64,000 nt of DNA from an uncultured Gemmatimonadales bacterium (GCA_963816355.1 CAWFKH010000003.1:768001-832000), one strand, 5' to 3'; shown: positions 54,748 through 64,000, counted from the first letter of the stretch. Numbers and translations: made by a program. The notes: a model not told the origin generated them from the sequence alone.

Positions 54748-54818
54748 GGCCCCGTAGCCAAGTGGTAAGGCGGAGGTCTGCAAAACCTCTATCGGCGGTT
54801 CGAATCCGCCCGGGGCCT
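54748..54818 (+). tRNA. tRNA-Cys(GCA); CCA not encoded
   Basis: GGCCCCG TAGCCAAGTGGTAAGGC..GAGGT CTGCAAA ACCTC..GGTTCGAATCC..CGGGGCCT. Confidence 0.96.
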
Positions 54819-54840
54819 CTTACATCCTCCAGGACTCCCC

Positions 54841-55362
54841 ATGTCTTTCGAACCGCCGCCCCCCGACATCGTGGAACGGCTGGCGCGTCACCGCACCGTG
54901 GGCGGCGCGCCCCGTGCCGAACTCGAATGGCTCGCCGCCCACGGCCGCATGCGCCGCCTGGCCGCCGGGGAGTACCTCGCCCGCCGCGGACAGTCCGTCG
55001 AGGACACCGGCTTCGGACTCGAGATCGTGCTGAGCGGCCGGTTCGCGATCCACGTCGACCGCGGCGCCGGATCGCGACGCGTCATGGAGTGGCAGGCGGG
55101 AGACGTCTCCGGCATCCTCCCCTTTTCACGCATGGCGGCGACGCCGGGCGACACGATCGCGGACGCGCCGGTGGAGACGCTCTCGCTCCACCAGCGCGAC
55201 TTCCCGGACCTGATCCGCGAATGTCCTGAGCTCACGGCGACCTTCGTCCACGTGATGATCGATCGCGCGCGCGTCTTCAATCGCCTCACCCTGCGGGCGC
55301 CAGCATCGCGCCCAGCGCGCCCTGCGCGGACACACTCTCGTCGGCGGCGGGCGCGGCGCTGA
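54841..55362 (+). pseudogene. cyclic-nucleotide-binding domain, probably the truncated N-terminus of a sensor histidine kinase
   Basis: cNMP-fold pattern (AGEYLARRG, IVLSG, GDVSGILPFSRM); after DRARVF the frame runs into the antisense 3' end of the GGDEF gene. Confidence 0.55.
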
Positions 55363-56203
55363 CGCGGACGCAGTTGCGCCCGTGGCTCTTCGCCTTGTAC
55401 AGCGCGAAGTCCGCGGCGGCGATCAGGTCGTCGACCGTGCGCACCCCCGGCGCGAACGTGGCGACGCCGGCGCTCACCGTCACGCGGCCCGTCGCCGGCT
55501 GCTTCCGCTCGAGTGCGTTGCGCACCCGCTCGACGAACACGAGCGTCCCCTCCACTCCCGCGCCGGACACGATCGACAGGAACTCCTCGCCGCCCACGCG
55601 GGCCGACAGGTTCATGCGGCGGGTGCAGTCGTCGAGCGCCGCCGCGAAGGCGCGCAGGGCGTCGTCGCCGGCCTGGTGGCCGTGCACGTCGTTGTACGCC
55701 TTGAAGTGGTCGATGTCGAAGAGCACCACGGAGAGCGGCCGGCCGCGTATCGCGGCCGCGAACTCGCGGTCCAGGATCATCCGCGCGTAGCGGCGGTTCG
55801 GCAGCCGCGTGAGGTCGTCGGTCAGCGCCAGCGCATGCGCGCGCGCCCGCTCCCTGTGCAGCGCCTCCGCCATCCAGCCGATGCCGAGGCAGAGCCCTAT
55901 GAAGAGCGCCACCAGCGTGAACAGCAGCGGCCACGAGATCGCCGGGCCGCCGCGGTAGTTCGCCACCGCCTGCGTCACCGACAGCGTGGCCATCCCCGCC
56001 GCCAGCGCCGTGGCTGCGCCGCGCCAGCCGCGGTGATAGGCGAGCAGGAAGGCGGGCACGAGAGCCAGCAGCCACAACAGGATCTCGTACTCCTGACCGC
56101 CGTCCGAGCCGAAAAAGCTGTTCGTGACCGGGATCGCCAGCGCCGCGGCCGAGATCACCACGGAACGCACGGGAACGTGCTCGATTTCCCACAACTCGCC
56201 CAT
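55286..56203 (-). CDS. membrane-bound diguanylate cyclase
   Basis: N-terminal TM helices, TDDLTRLPNRR, DIDHFKAYNDVHGHQAGD, RVGGEEF, ALYKAKSHGRN. Confidence 0.92.
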   Translation of the reverse strand: MGELWEIEHVPVRSVVISAAALAIPVTNSFFGSDGGQEYEILLWLLALVPAFLLAYHRGWRGAATALAAGMATLSVTQAVANYRGGPAISWPLLFTLVALFIGLCLGIGWMAEALHRERARAHALALTDDLTRLPNRRYARMILDREFAAAIRGRPLSVVLFDIDHFKAYNDVHGHQAGDDALRAFAAALDDCTRRMNLSARVGGEEFLSIVSGAGVEGTLVFVERVRNALERKQPATGRVTVSAGVATFAPGVRTVDDLIAAADFALYKAKSHGRNCVRVSAAPAADESVSAQGALGAMLAPAG

Positions 56204-56541
56204 GGGGCCTTCCGTTGTCCGTCGTCGTCGTGGAATCGCCATGCGCGCGGTCGAAGCCATTTTCGTGCCGAATACCCGATCTTACATGGTGTCAACGACT
56301 TGGCCTCCGCGGAGCGGTCTCGATTCCGCTACAATTTGCGCGGTCGAGTAACGAATTGGCCGGCTGCCGCCGGACGCGGCTGGTACGGCCGTTCCGCGCG
56401 CGATGGCGTGGGTGGCGAGCGCCGGAACGTCGGGGCCGCAGGCGTCGTTTGCGCATCCCAAGCGGGGAACAGAAATTGCACCCGGCCGGTCGGGCGAATC
56501 CCGCCCTTCGACGACATCGCCGACGAGGAGGACACGCCTTC

Positions 56542-57177
56542 GTGAAGAACCCCTTCGCCTCCAGCAACCTGTCGGATGCTGCGCGACGCCGCGTCGATCT
56601 GGCGGTCGCGATGGCGCAGGAGCGGCTGCTCAACACCCACGTGGAGCACGCGCTCGGGCTGATCGACCTGGTCGGAGACCAGATCGCGTTCGACTCTGCG
56701 TTGGACATCTATACGCGGCTGCTGCGGCTGTCGGAGGACGAGGCGCGCATCGTGACGACGCAGACGCTGGCGCGCCTCGGCGAGCGGTCGGAACAGACCG
56801 GGCTCGACACGGCGGAGCTGCTGGCGGCCGACGACGCCGATCCGGCGCGCGACCGGCGATCGATCCTCGAGAACCTGCGGCAGCGCATGCGCGGCCGCGT
56901 GCACGACGACCTGCGACGGCTGATCGAGCTGCAGGCCGCCCGGGCCGAGGTCGCGGTGCTCGAGACGCACGTCGAGAACTCGCTCCATTTCTGCGAGATC
57001 CTGCGCGAGGAGATCGCCGCGAACGAAGCCGTCGAGCTCTATCTCGAGGCGCTCGAGGTGCGGGACAGCATCGCCGAGGTGGTCTACTATTTCTCGCTCG
57101 CGCGGATCGGCGAGAAGCAGATCGCGCGCCTGCGCGCCCACGAAACGCCGCAGCCGCCCTCCTCCCGCAGTCGCTGA
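56542..57177 (+). CDS. hypothetical helical protein with an internal two-fold repeat
   Basis: GAGGAGG RBS and GTG; the halves share RR..L..A.A....L.THVE..L....Y......A..V....LAR.GE. Confidence 0.8.
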   Translation: MKNPFASSNLSDAARRRVDLAVAMAQERLLNTHVEHALGLIDLVGDQIAFDSALDIYTRLLRLSEDEARIVTTQTLARLGERSEQTGLDTAELLAADDADPARDRRSILENLRQRMRGRVHDDLRRLIELQAARAEVAVLETHVENSLHFCEILREEIAANEAVELYLEALEVRDSIAEVVYYFSLARIGEKQIARLRAHETPQPPSSRSR

Positions 57178-57347
57178 GCATCGGTCGTCAGCGGCGACGG
57201 CGTTTCGAAGCCCTTTGGCCGGGGGCGGCCACGCCCCCCCTCGCCACGTCCGCCGTAAATGGTTCCGGGTACGGCTCTTGCACGAGCGAGCCGCGGTCGC
57301 TGCCCGTCTTTGTGACGGCGATGTGCTCGGCCGCGCCCACTGAACCG

Positions 57348-57376
57348 TTGACTTCGGCGCGGCTGGTGTGGATTCT
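57348..57376 (+). promoter_or_regulatory. possible sigma70 promoter
   Basis: TTGACT-N17-GATTCT upstream of the 57460 gene. Confidence 0.4.
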
Positions 57377-57459
57377 GCAGGCGGGGGGTGAAGGACCGGC
57401 GCGGTTGGACGCGGCTCCGACGCGGCGCCAACTACACCTGATGAGGAGGAGTGGAGGCA

Positions 57460-58800
57460 ATGAAACGTGCTCGTTTGGCGGTATCCGCAGCCGCATTCCT
57501 TGTGTTCGCGTGGGCCGGACACGCGAATGCGCAGCAATACAGGTTCGATTTCGGCCTGAAGGGCGGTTTCTCCTGGATGTCGGCGATGCTGAACGAAGGG
57601 CAGCTCGGAACCGACGAAGCCAGTGTTCGTTTCAAGCCGGGTTGGAGGGCCGGCGCCGATGCCACGCTCTGGCTGAGCAACCGCTTCGGGGTCCGGGCGA
57701 ACTTCGGCTACACGGATCGCGAGGTGAAGCAGGCGGATGCCGTGCTCGCGAACGCGATCAATCTGTGGGATGGCACCGGTGACCTGATCATCCGTCTCAC
57801 CTCTGTCCCGGACGCTTTCGACGGAACGCAGTTCCTGCCGTACCTCGCCCTCGGTGCCGGGGCCAAGTGGATCAACCCTGCCGAGAACACGGGCGTCAAC
57901 AACAGCGACGTGAGCGGCGCGGTCCTCAACCCGGTGACGACGAACAACACCGGGCCTTACTTCCTCGAACACAAGACGAAGTTCCAGGTGCTGGCCGGGA
58001 TCGGAGCCCTGGTCCGCGTGTCGCGCGCCTTCGGCATCAGCCTCGAGGCGGGGGACCGGATCTGGGACGCTCCGGTCGACCTGCTGATCCCATCCGCGGG
58101 CGGCTTCTCGGCCTTCCCGCCCGGGAACGAGGATGTCGGCAATCACGTCAACGAGATCTACGGTGAGGTCGGACTGCACGCGCTGTTCGGCGTGAAGGAA
58201 GCGGCGCCGCAGGTGGTCGTCGCGCCGCCGCCGCCGCCGGAAGCCCCGGCTCCGCCGCCGCCGCCGGCTCCGACCGAGCGGGACATCTCGGTGTGCGTGG
58301 TGGATCCGACGACGGCTACGGGCACGCGCATGGTGGATGCGACGCTCGTGATCGCGAGCAACGACACGTTGGTGACGGTGAACGGCGAGCGGCAGCCGCT
58401 CTCCTCGACCGTGACTGGCGTCATGCTCGCGCCGCAGGCGGATTGGTACGTCGCGGGCCAGCCTCTGGCGTTCACGTCGAACCGGCGTCGCGTCGAGTTC
58501 GTGACGTACGGTGTGCCGCGCACGATCGACGCGGACCAGGTCGTGTTGATCGGGACCGTCAACGGTCTGCCGGTCTACGCGGCGACGCAGGATCTCGACA
58601 GTGCGGACCAGTGGCGGCAGGTCGTCGGTGCGGCGACCGATCGTGATCTGGTGACGCTGCTCAAGAACAATCCGAACCTGCGGCCTTCGTTCGAGAAGCT
58701 GCAGCTGGCCTACGTTCCGGTCGCGTCGACGGGCTGCGTCTTCCAGGGCCTCCAGCGTGTCGAGGAGGTGCGGAAGTCGAGGGGCGAAGAGCAGCGCTGA
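57460..58800 (+). CDS. outer-membrane beta-barrel, Pro-rich linker and C-terminal domain of unknown function
   Basis: Signal peptide (AHANA-like site GHANA/Q), barrel strands (FGLKGG, PYLALGAG, EVGLHALFG), APPPPPEAPAPPPPPAP linker. Confidence 0.8.
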   Translation: MKRARLAVSAAAFLVFAWAGHANAQQYRFDFGLKGGFSWMSAMLNEGQLGTDEASVRFKPGWRAGADATLWLSNRFGVRANFGYTDREVKQADAVLANAINLWDGTGDLIIRLTSVPDAFDGTQFLPYLALGAGAKWINPAENTGVNNSDVSGAVLNPVTTNNTGPYFLEHKTKFQVLAGIGALVRVSRAFGISLEAGDRIWDAPVDLLIPSAGGFSAFPPGNEDVGNHVNEIYGEVGLHALFGVKEAAPQVVVAPPPPPEAPAPPPPPAPTERDISVCVVDPTTATGTRMVDATLVIASNDTLVTVNGERQPLSSTVTGVMLAPQADWYVAGQPLAFTSNRRRVEFVTYGVPRTIDADQVVLIGTVNGLPVYAATQDLDSADQWRQVVGAATDRDLVTLLKNNPNLRPSFEKLQLAYVPVASTGCVFQGLQRVEEVRKSRGEEQR

Positions 58801-58824
58801 CGACGCTCTTCACTGCACGATCAC

Positions 58825-58864
58825 CGAACGGCGTCCGGCCCTTGCCGGGCGCCGTTCGTCGTTT
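58825..58864 (+). terminator. hairpin between the two barrel genes
   Basis: CGAACGGCGTCCGGC-CCTT-GCCGGGCGCCGTTCG followed by TCGTTT. Confidence 0.65.
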
Positions 58865-58933
58865 CACACTCCCGCGGGAGCGTGACCGGCCGCCGCGCCC
58901 CCGCGCAACATCTACGGAGTCGGGAAGCCACGC

Positions 58934-60277
58934 ATGAAGCCGAATCGTCGGGGAGAGGGTGGCGCGGCGCTCGCCGCGCTCGGACTGCTGCTGGTGCTCG
59001 CCGCGCCGGCGACGGCGCAGCGCCCGGACCTGGGGCTGGACGCCGGGGTCGGGGCGGACTACTGGACGGCGCTCCTCTCCGGCGGCGACGCGGGAAGTGG
59101 AGGCGCCCCCCGCTTCCGCGCGGCCGCGATGTACCACGTCGGCGGCACGTGGTGGCTGAGCGGGAGGCTCGGCGTCCGGGGTGAGATCGGCCGCGCGGCG
59201 ACGTCGCTGCGTCACGTGGAGCCGCTCTTCCCCGCGCAGAGCCTCGATGTCGCGCTCTGGAGCCTGGCGGCCGGCGTCGAGTACCGGCTGAGTGACCCGA
59301 ACCGGAGCGGCGCACGCCTCACGCCGTACGTGAGCGCAGAAGTCGGCGCGGAGGTGGTGGATCCGGCGGCGGAATCGAACTTTCCATCCAGCGTTCATCC
59401 GGCGGACCGCTTCACGGGCGCCGCGTTCACCACGCAGTCGGGTCGACGGTGGCTGCTGGCGGGGAAGACCCGGCCGCTCCTCGGCGTCGGCGCCGGCGCG
59501 GACTACGACTTCACGCGCAACGTCGGGATCCGCTTCGAGGTGGGCGACCGCATGTTCGGCGCGCCGGTATACGGGCTCGATCCGGGGCCGGCGGACGAGA
59601 CGCTCGCCGGAGCGCGCGCGGGCAAGCTGGTGCAGGGGCTCTACGCGCGCGTCGCGCTGCGGGTCGGCCTCGACGTGGGGGGCGGCGGCGCCGCGGCGGG
59701 GCCGTTCGCGCCGGAGCCGGCGCCGCGTCCGCGGCCACGCCCGGAGCCGCTTCCGTCGCGCCTCGAGCGCGTCGAGTTCTGCGCCATCGACCCCGCCTCG
59801 CCGCAGTGGCTGCGCACGATGCAGGGTTACTACCGCCCGAGCAGTCAGGACACGCTGGTCGACGTCGACGGCCGGCGGTTGCCGCTGCGCGATGCACTCG
59901 CGGGCGTGCGGACGGTGCCGCAGGCGGAGTGGTACGCGGCGGGCGAGCCGCTGCGCATCCGGGAGGACGGCGCCACGGCGAGCTTCGCCGCCTATCAGGG
60001 ACCGCGCCGCGTCGACGAGGCGGCGCTCTCGTTCATCGGCACGGTGGGCGGCGTGCCGGTCTTCGCGGACCGGCTCGAGGTCGCAGCGGACGCGTCCGCG
60101 TGGCGGGACGCGCTCGCCGCGCAATCCGCGCCGGAGCTCGAGGCGCTGCTCACCGGACGTCCCGCGCTGCGCGCCGCGTTCGCCCGGCTGAGCGCGCTCT
60201 ACCTGCCGCTCGGACGCACCGGCTGCGTCTTCCAGGCGTTCGTGCACGGCGGGCGCGGCAGGGGCGGAGGCGGCTGA
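58934..60277 (+). CDS. diverged paralog of the 57460 gene (barrel, Pro linker, same C-terminal domain)
   Basis: Signal peptide, PYVSAEVG, RFEVGDR, PEPAPRPRPRPEP linker, DTLV, PQAEWYAAGEPL, IGTVGGVPVFA, TGCVFQ. Confidence 0.78.
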   Translation: MKPNRRGEGGAALAALGLLLVLAAPATAQRPDLGLDAGVGADYWTALLSGGDAGSGGAPRFRAAAMYHVGGTWWLSGRLGVRGEIGRAATSLRHVEPLFPAQSLDVALWSLAAGVEYRLSDPNRSGARLTPYVSAEVGAEVVDPAAESNFPSSVHPADRFTGAAFTTQSGRRWLLAGKTRPLLGVGAGADYDFTRNVGIRFEVGDRMFGAPVYGLDPGPADETLAGARAGKLVQGLYARVALRVGLDVGGGGAAAGPFAPEPAPRPRPRPEPLPSRLERVEFCAIDPASPQWLRTMQGYYRPSSQDTLVDVDGRRLPLRDALAGVRTVPQAEWYAAGEPLRIREDGATASFAAYQGPRRVDEAALSFIGTVGGVPVFADRLEVAADASAWRDALAAQSAPELEALLTGRPALRAAFARLSALYLPLGRTGCVFQAFVHGGRGRGGGG

Positions 60278-60389
60278 CGTCGCTGCGAGGTGTGCTCTTT
60301 GCGTCGCGGATGGAGGGCGGGTAGATTCGCGCCCAGCCCTGGAAGGCCGCCGGAATCCTGCGTCGCATTCAGAAGAGTGGAGGCATACG

Positions 60390-61322
60390 ATGAGCCCGAA
60401 TGGCACTGCGACCGCCGAGCCGATCGCCGTTCAACGCCCCCGCATCGAGGACCTCGACCTGCCGCTCGGGAAGCGCGTTCGGCTGCACCGCCTCCTCTAC
60501 GAGCACGGCATCGGCAACGGCACGCTGCTCGTGCTCCCGATCGACCAGGGGATCGAGCACGGACCGGTCGATTTCTTCCCGAATCCGGATTCGAAGGATC
60601 CGGAGTTCCAGTGGCGCCTCGCGGCCGAGGGCGGTTACAACGCAATCGCCTGCCACTGGGGGCTCGCCCGCGGCTACATGGAGAAGTACGCCGGCCGCGT
60701 TCCGCTCATCCTGAAGATCAACGGCAAGACGAACATCCCGAGCGACGACGAGGCGTTCTCGACGCTCACCGCGACGGTCGAGGACGCGCTCTCACTCGGC
60801 GCCGACGCCGTCGGGTATACGCTCTACGTCGGCTCGCCGCGCCAGGACGAGGACATCGTGCAGATGATGGAAGTGCGCGAGGCGTGCGAGAAATGGGCGA
60901 TGCCGCTGATCGTCTGGGCGTATCCGCGCGGCGCGGCGATCGAGGAGAAGGGCGGCCGTGATTCCCTCTACGCCGTCGACTATGCCTCGCGTCTCGCCCA
61001 CGAGCTGGGCGCCGACATTATCAAGCTCAACGTGCCGAAGAAGGGGAAGAAGGACGCGGAACAGCCGAAGGCGTACGCCTCCCTCGAGTGGGAGTACGCC
61101 GACGGCGTGCGGCGCGTCGTGCAGAGCGCCGGCCGCTCCATGGTGCTCTTCAGCGGCGGCAGCAAGATGGGTGACGCGGACCTGCTCGACAAAGCGCGGC
61201 TCGCGATGGAGAACGGCGCCACCGGCCTCATCTTCGGCCGCAACATGTGGCAGCGGCCGATGGACGAGGCGCTCGCCGTCACGGACCGCATCAAGGATCT
61301 GATGCGCGGCTTCCCCGCTTGA
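60390..61322 (+). CDS. fbaB: class I fructose-bisphosphate aldolase (DhnA/FbaB type)
   Basis: LPIDQGIEHGP, LGADAVGYTLYVGS, VWAYPRG, LGADIIK (Schiff-base Lys), SGG, GLIFGRN. Confidence 0.88.
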   Translation: MSPNGTATAEPIAVQRPRIEDLDLPLGKRVRLHRLLYEHGIGNGTLLVLPIDQGIEHGPVDFFPNPDSKDPEFQWRLAAEGGYNAIACHWGLARGYMEKYAGRVPLILKINGKTNIPSDDEAFSTLTATVEDALSLGADAVGYTLYVGSPRQDEDIVQMMEVREACEKWAMPLIVWAYPRGAAIEEKGGRDSLYAVDYASRLAHELGADIIKLNVPKKGKKDAEQPKAYASLEWEYADGVRRVVQSAGRSMVLFSGGSKMGDADLLDKARLAMENGATGLIFGRNMWQRPMDEALAVTDRIKDLMRGFPA

Positions 61323-62011
61323 CCGCAGCGGAGTCCGGCAAGCGCGCGGCGGCGGAAACGGCTGTCGAACGGGTCGAGGATGGCATGCGACTCGGGCTCG
61401 GCACCGGCTCCACCGTGCGCCACGTGCTCGACGTCCTCGGGGAGCGCCGCGCCGCCGGCGAGCTCGCCCGCATTGTCGGCGTCCCCACCTCCCGGCGCAC
61501 CGCCGACCTCGCCGCCGGGCTGGGCATCCCGCTGACGACGCTCGATGACGTCGATCAGCTCGACCTCACCCTCGACGGCGCGGACGAGGTCGACGGCGAG
61601 CTCGCCCTGATCAAGGGGCTCGGTGGCGCGCTGCTCTGGGAGAAGATCGTCGCCGCCGCGTCCGCGAGCTTCGTCGTCGTGGTCGACGAGCGCAAGCTCG
61701 TGCGTCGCCTCGGGGAGCGCGCACCGCTGCCGGTCGAAGTCGTGCCGTTCGGCTGGCGGACGCACCTGGGCGCCGTTCGTGCTGCGGGCGGTGAGCCGGT
61801 GCTCCGCGAGGAGGGCGGTGCTCCATACCGGACCGACGGCGGCCATTACATCCTGGACTGCCGATTTGCTGGCGGGATCGAGGACGCGGAGGAGCTCGAG
61901 GCGGCGCTGCGCATGCGTCCGGGCGTCGTCGAGACCGGACTTTTCCTCGGGATGGCGGACGCGGTGGTCGTGGGTCGCGACGACGGCCGCACGGAGGTGA
62001 TGAGACGATGA
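61319..62011 (+). CDS. rpiA: ribose-5-phosphate isomerase A
   Basis: [46 protein letters not shown] start overlaps the aldolase stop. Confidence 0.95.
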   Translation: MTAAESGKRAAAETAVERVEDGMRLGLGTGSTVRHVLDVLGERRAAGELARIVGVPTSRRTADLAAGLGIPLTTLDDVDQLDLTLDGADEVDGELALIKGLGGALLWEKIVAAASASFVVVVDERKLVRRLGERAPLPVEVVPFGWRTHLGAVRAAGGEPVLREEGGAPYRTDGGHYILDCRFAGGIEDAEELEAALRMRPGVVETGLFLGMADAVVVGRDDGRTEVMRR

Positions 62012-62024
62012 GCATGGAGCGCGC

Positions 62025-62711
62025 ATGATGGGCGTCGAGATCGCGCCGTCGATCCTCTCCGCGGACTTCGGCCGCCTCGCCGACGCCGTCGCGGAGGCCG
62101 AAGCGGCCGGCGCTGACCGCATCCACGTCGACGTGATGGACGGCCACTTCGTGCCCAACATCACGATCGGTCCGCCGGTCGTCGCCGCGCTGCGGCGCGC
62201 CACCCGCCTGCCGCTGGACACGCATCTCATGATCGAGCGTCCCGAGGCGTACCTCGAGGCCTTCATCGACGCCGGTGCCGACCTGCTCACCGTGCACGCG
62301 GAGGCGTGCGTGCACCTCCACCGGGTCGTGCAGCGCATCCGGGAGCTGGGGGCACGACCGGGCGTCGCGATCAACCCCGCCACGCCCCTCGCCGCGCTGG
62401 AGGAGATCGCGCCCTACGTCGACCAAGTCCTCGTCATGACGGTCGACCCCGGATTCGGCGGCCAGCGCTACATCCCGACCAGCACGGCGAAGGTCAGCCG
62501 CGTGCACGTCATGCTCCGCTCCCGCGAACTCGCCCACGTCGGCATCGAGGTGGACGGAGGCATCGACCCCGACACCGCGCCCGCGGCCGTGCGCGCGGGT
62601 GCGTCGATCCTCGTCGCCGGTGCCGCCCTGTTCAACAGCCGCGGCGACGTGGCGGCCAACATCGCGGCGCTTCGTGCCGCCGCGCGCGTGACGCGGGAGG
62701 CGCGCGCCTAG
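62025..62711 (+). CDS. rpe: ribulose-phosphate 3-epimerase
   Basis: [42 protein letters not shown]. Confidence 0.96.
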   Translation: MMGVEIAPSILSADFGRLADAVAEAEAAGADRIHVDVMDGHFVPNITIGPPVVAALRRATRLPLDTHLMIERPEAYLEAFIDAGADLLTVHAEACVHLHRVVQRIRELGARPGVAINPATPLAALEEIAPYVDQVLVMTVDPGFGGQRYIPTSTAKVSRVHVMLRSRELAHVGIEVDGGIDPDTAPAAVRAGASILVAGAALFNSRGDVAANIAALRAAARVTREARA

Positions 62712-62823
62712 TCGCTCGCGCCAGCCGCTTGCCGGTCGGTCACCGGAGCCCGCGCGGAGGAACGTGTGCTCGTCCACCGCGATCGTCGGCCGGCGACCGG
62801 CGGAAATCCGAACAGCTCGATCC

Positions 62824-62906
62824 GCCGGGGTGGCGGAAAGGCAGACGCGGGGAACTTAAAATTCCCTGGGCTTCGGCCCGTGCGGGTTCGAGTCCCGCCC
62901 CCGGCA
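62824..62906 (+). tRNA. tRNA-Leu(TAA); CCA not encoded
   Basis: GCCGGGG TGGCGGAA..GGGAA CTTAAAA TTCCC, long variable arm GGGC-TTCG-GCCC, GGTTCGAGTCC..CCCCGGCA. Confidence 0.95.
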
Positions 62907-62939
62907 TATGGTGGGTTCAGGCGCTGGCAGAGCTCGCGC

Positions 62940-64000
62940 TCATCGGTTCGCCTGGTCCACGGCGCGCTCCATACGCTTCACCCACCCCGGGACGACCCGG
63001 AAGTAGTGCTCCGCTCGCTCAGCCGGAGACTGCAGGTAGATGAGGCCTCCGTCGTGGCCAACGGCCCAGGACCAGCCGGGCGTCTGGCTGAACTGCGGGG
63101 CCAGGGCGAGGAGCTCGGGCGCGTCGAAAGGTGGATCGGCGCCAGGATGGATCGTCACCTTGTGGAACTCCCAGTCGCCTTCGTCCGTCTGGGCGATATA
63201 GACCAGCTCGGTCGCCGATACCCACTGCGGCTCGATGCCGCGAGCATCCACGAAATAGCGCCGATCGAGCGCCGGCCACGGCTGGACCCGCAGATCTCCC
63301 GACGAATTCCCCTGGTACGCGATCCAGTGACCGCCCGGGGAGATCGACACGAACTGACCGGTGGCAAGCCCGAGCGAGTCGACTCCACCGTCGGAACCCA
63401 CGATCATCGCGGATTCGCCCCCCGGGAATCCAACGAGGAGGGAATCATCGGCCAGATACATGGACGGCCGAAACGTGGTAGGGGGCGCGGTCGTGGCGAG
63501 TACCCGAGGCTTCGTCGAGGAGTCGAGCAGCCGGGAGACGAGGGATTCTCGACCCGGTTCCTCGCTGATCGTGTAAGCGATACGGTCGCCACTCGGGCTG
63601 AACACGGGAACGTCGATGAACGAGCCGACGGCCACGGTCTCGTGTGTGCCCGCCTGCAGATCGTAGACGCGCAGCTCCTGCTGCTCGAGGCCTTCAACCA
63701 CCGTTGCCAACCGCCGGCCATCGGGGCTCTCGCGGAAGCGCAGGTGGGCGGCCTGCTCCACCGGCAGCGGCTCGATGCGCCCATCCGTGCCGACGCGCAC
63801 GAGGCGGCCCACGGCCGCGTTGGTTCCCGGCAGGTAGACGAGGGTGCCGTCACGGGTCAGGTCGAACTGGCCGGTGCCGCTGTAGTCTCCATTGCGTACG
63901 CCGGGTACGAGGGAGACGGATCGGCCGACCGTGAGCGAGTCGAGGCTCTGGATGCGCGTGGCCATGATGGTTCCGTCGACGCCCATGTAAACCAGGTACC
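62940..64000 (-). CDS. 3' part of a TolB/WD40-like beta-propeller protein, typical of Ser/Thr kinase-propeller fusions (5' end outside window)
   Basis: Repeated SPDGRRLA, FSPSGDRIAY, ISPGGHWIAY blades; C-terminal VVPGW; the kinase domain itself is not visible. Confidence 0.72.
   Translation of the reverse strand, partial: YLVYMGVDGTIMATRIQSLDSLTVGRSVSLVPGVRNGDYSGTGQFDLTRDGTLVYLPGTNAAVGRLVRVGTDGRIEPLPVEQAAHLRFRESPDGRRLATVVEGLEQQELRVYDLQAGTHETVAVGSFIDVPVFSPSGDRIAYTISEEPGRESLVSRLLDSSTKPRVLATTAPPTTFRPSMYLADDSLLVGFPGGESAMIVGSDGGVDSLGLATGQFVSISPGGHWIAYQGNSSGDLRVQPWPALDRRYFVDARGIEPQWVSATELVYIAQTDEGDWEFHKVTIHPGADPPFDAPELLALAPQFSQTPGWSWAVGHDGGLIYLQSPAERAEHYFRVVPGWVKRMERAVDQANR

Noticed and set aside
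57309..57328. CRP/FNR-like site TGTGA-N6-TGTGC
   Set aside because: The second half-site does not match TCACA; insufficient support.

Overview
GC-rich bacterial chromosomal window made mostly of housekeeping genes. Gene content and protein styles suggest Gemmatimonadota; this is an inference. Gene order: partial YhaM-like HD protein, rpsT, scpA-scpB-rluB, an uncharacterised Rossmann-fold protein, a complete MoxR/DUF58/Bat (vWA-TPR) operon ending in a BatD-BatE fusion, a recently duplicated pair of outer-membrane beta-barrel genes, upp, tRNA-Ile2, secDF-tatD-mutL-miaA-bshA-uppP-nadC-birA-coaX, CIRCE-controlled groES-groEL, a barrel-less TonB-plug protein, an HD protein, thrS, an L20-leader-like attenuator before infC(ATA start)-rpmI-rplT, pheST-zapB-like-zapA-rny-xseAB-ispA-dxs-nadK-recN, a TonB-dependent receptor, tRNA-Gly and tRNA-Cys, a truncated cNMP-binding gene, a diguanylate cyclase, an internally duplicated unknown protein, two beta-barrel proteins sharing an unrecognised C-terminal domain, fba-rpiA-rpe, tRNA-Leu(TAA) and a partial beta-propeller gene. 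No CRISPR array, transposase, integrase or defence system was seen. Most notable: (1) local C-rich to G-rich strand-skew switches in synonymous positions, at the groES promoter and inside pheT; (2) the barrel-plus-unknown-domain gene pair; (3) a His-less HPt-like protein; (4) the L20-type leader; (5) three single-base frameshifts within about 4 kb, probably assembly errors.
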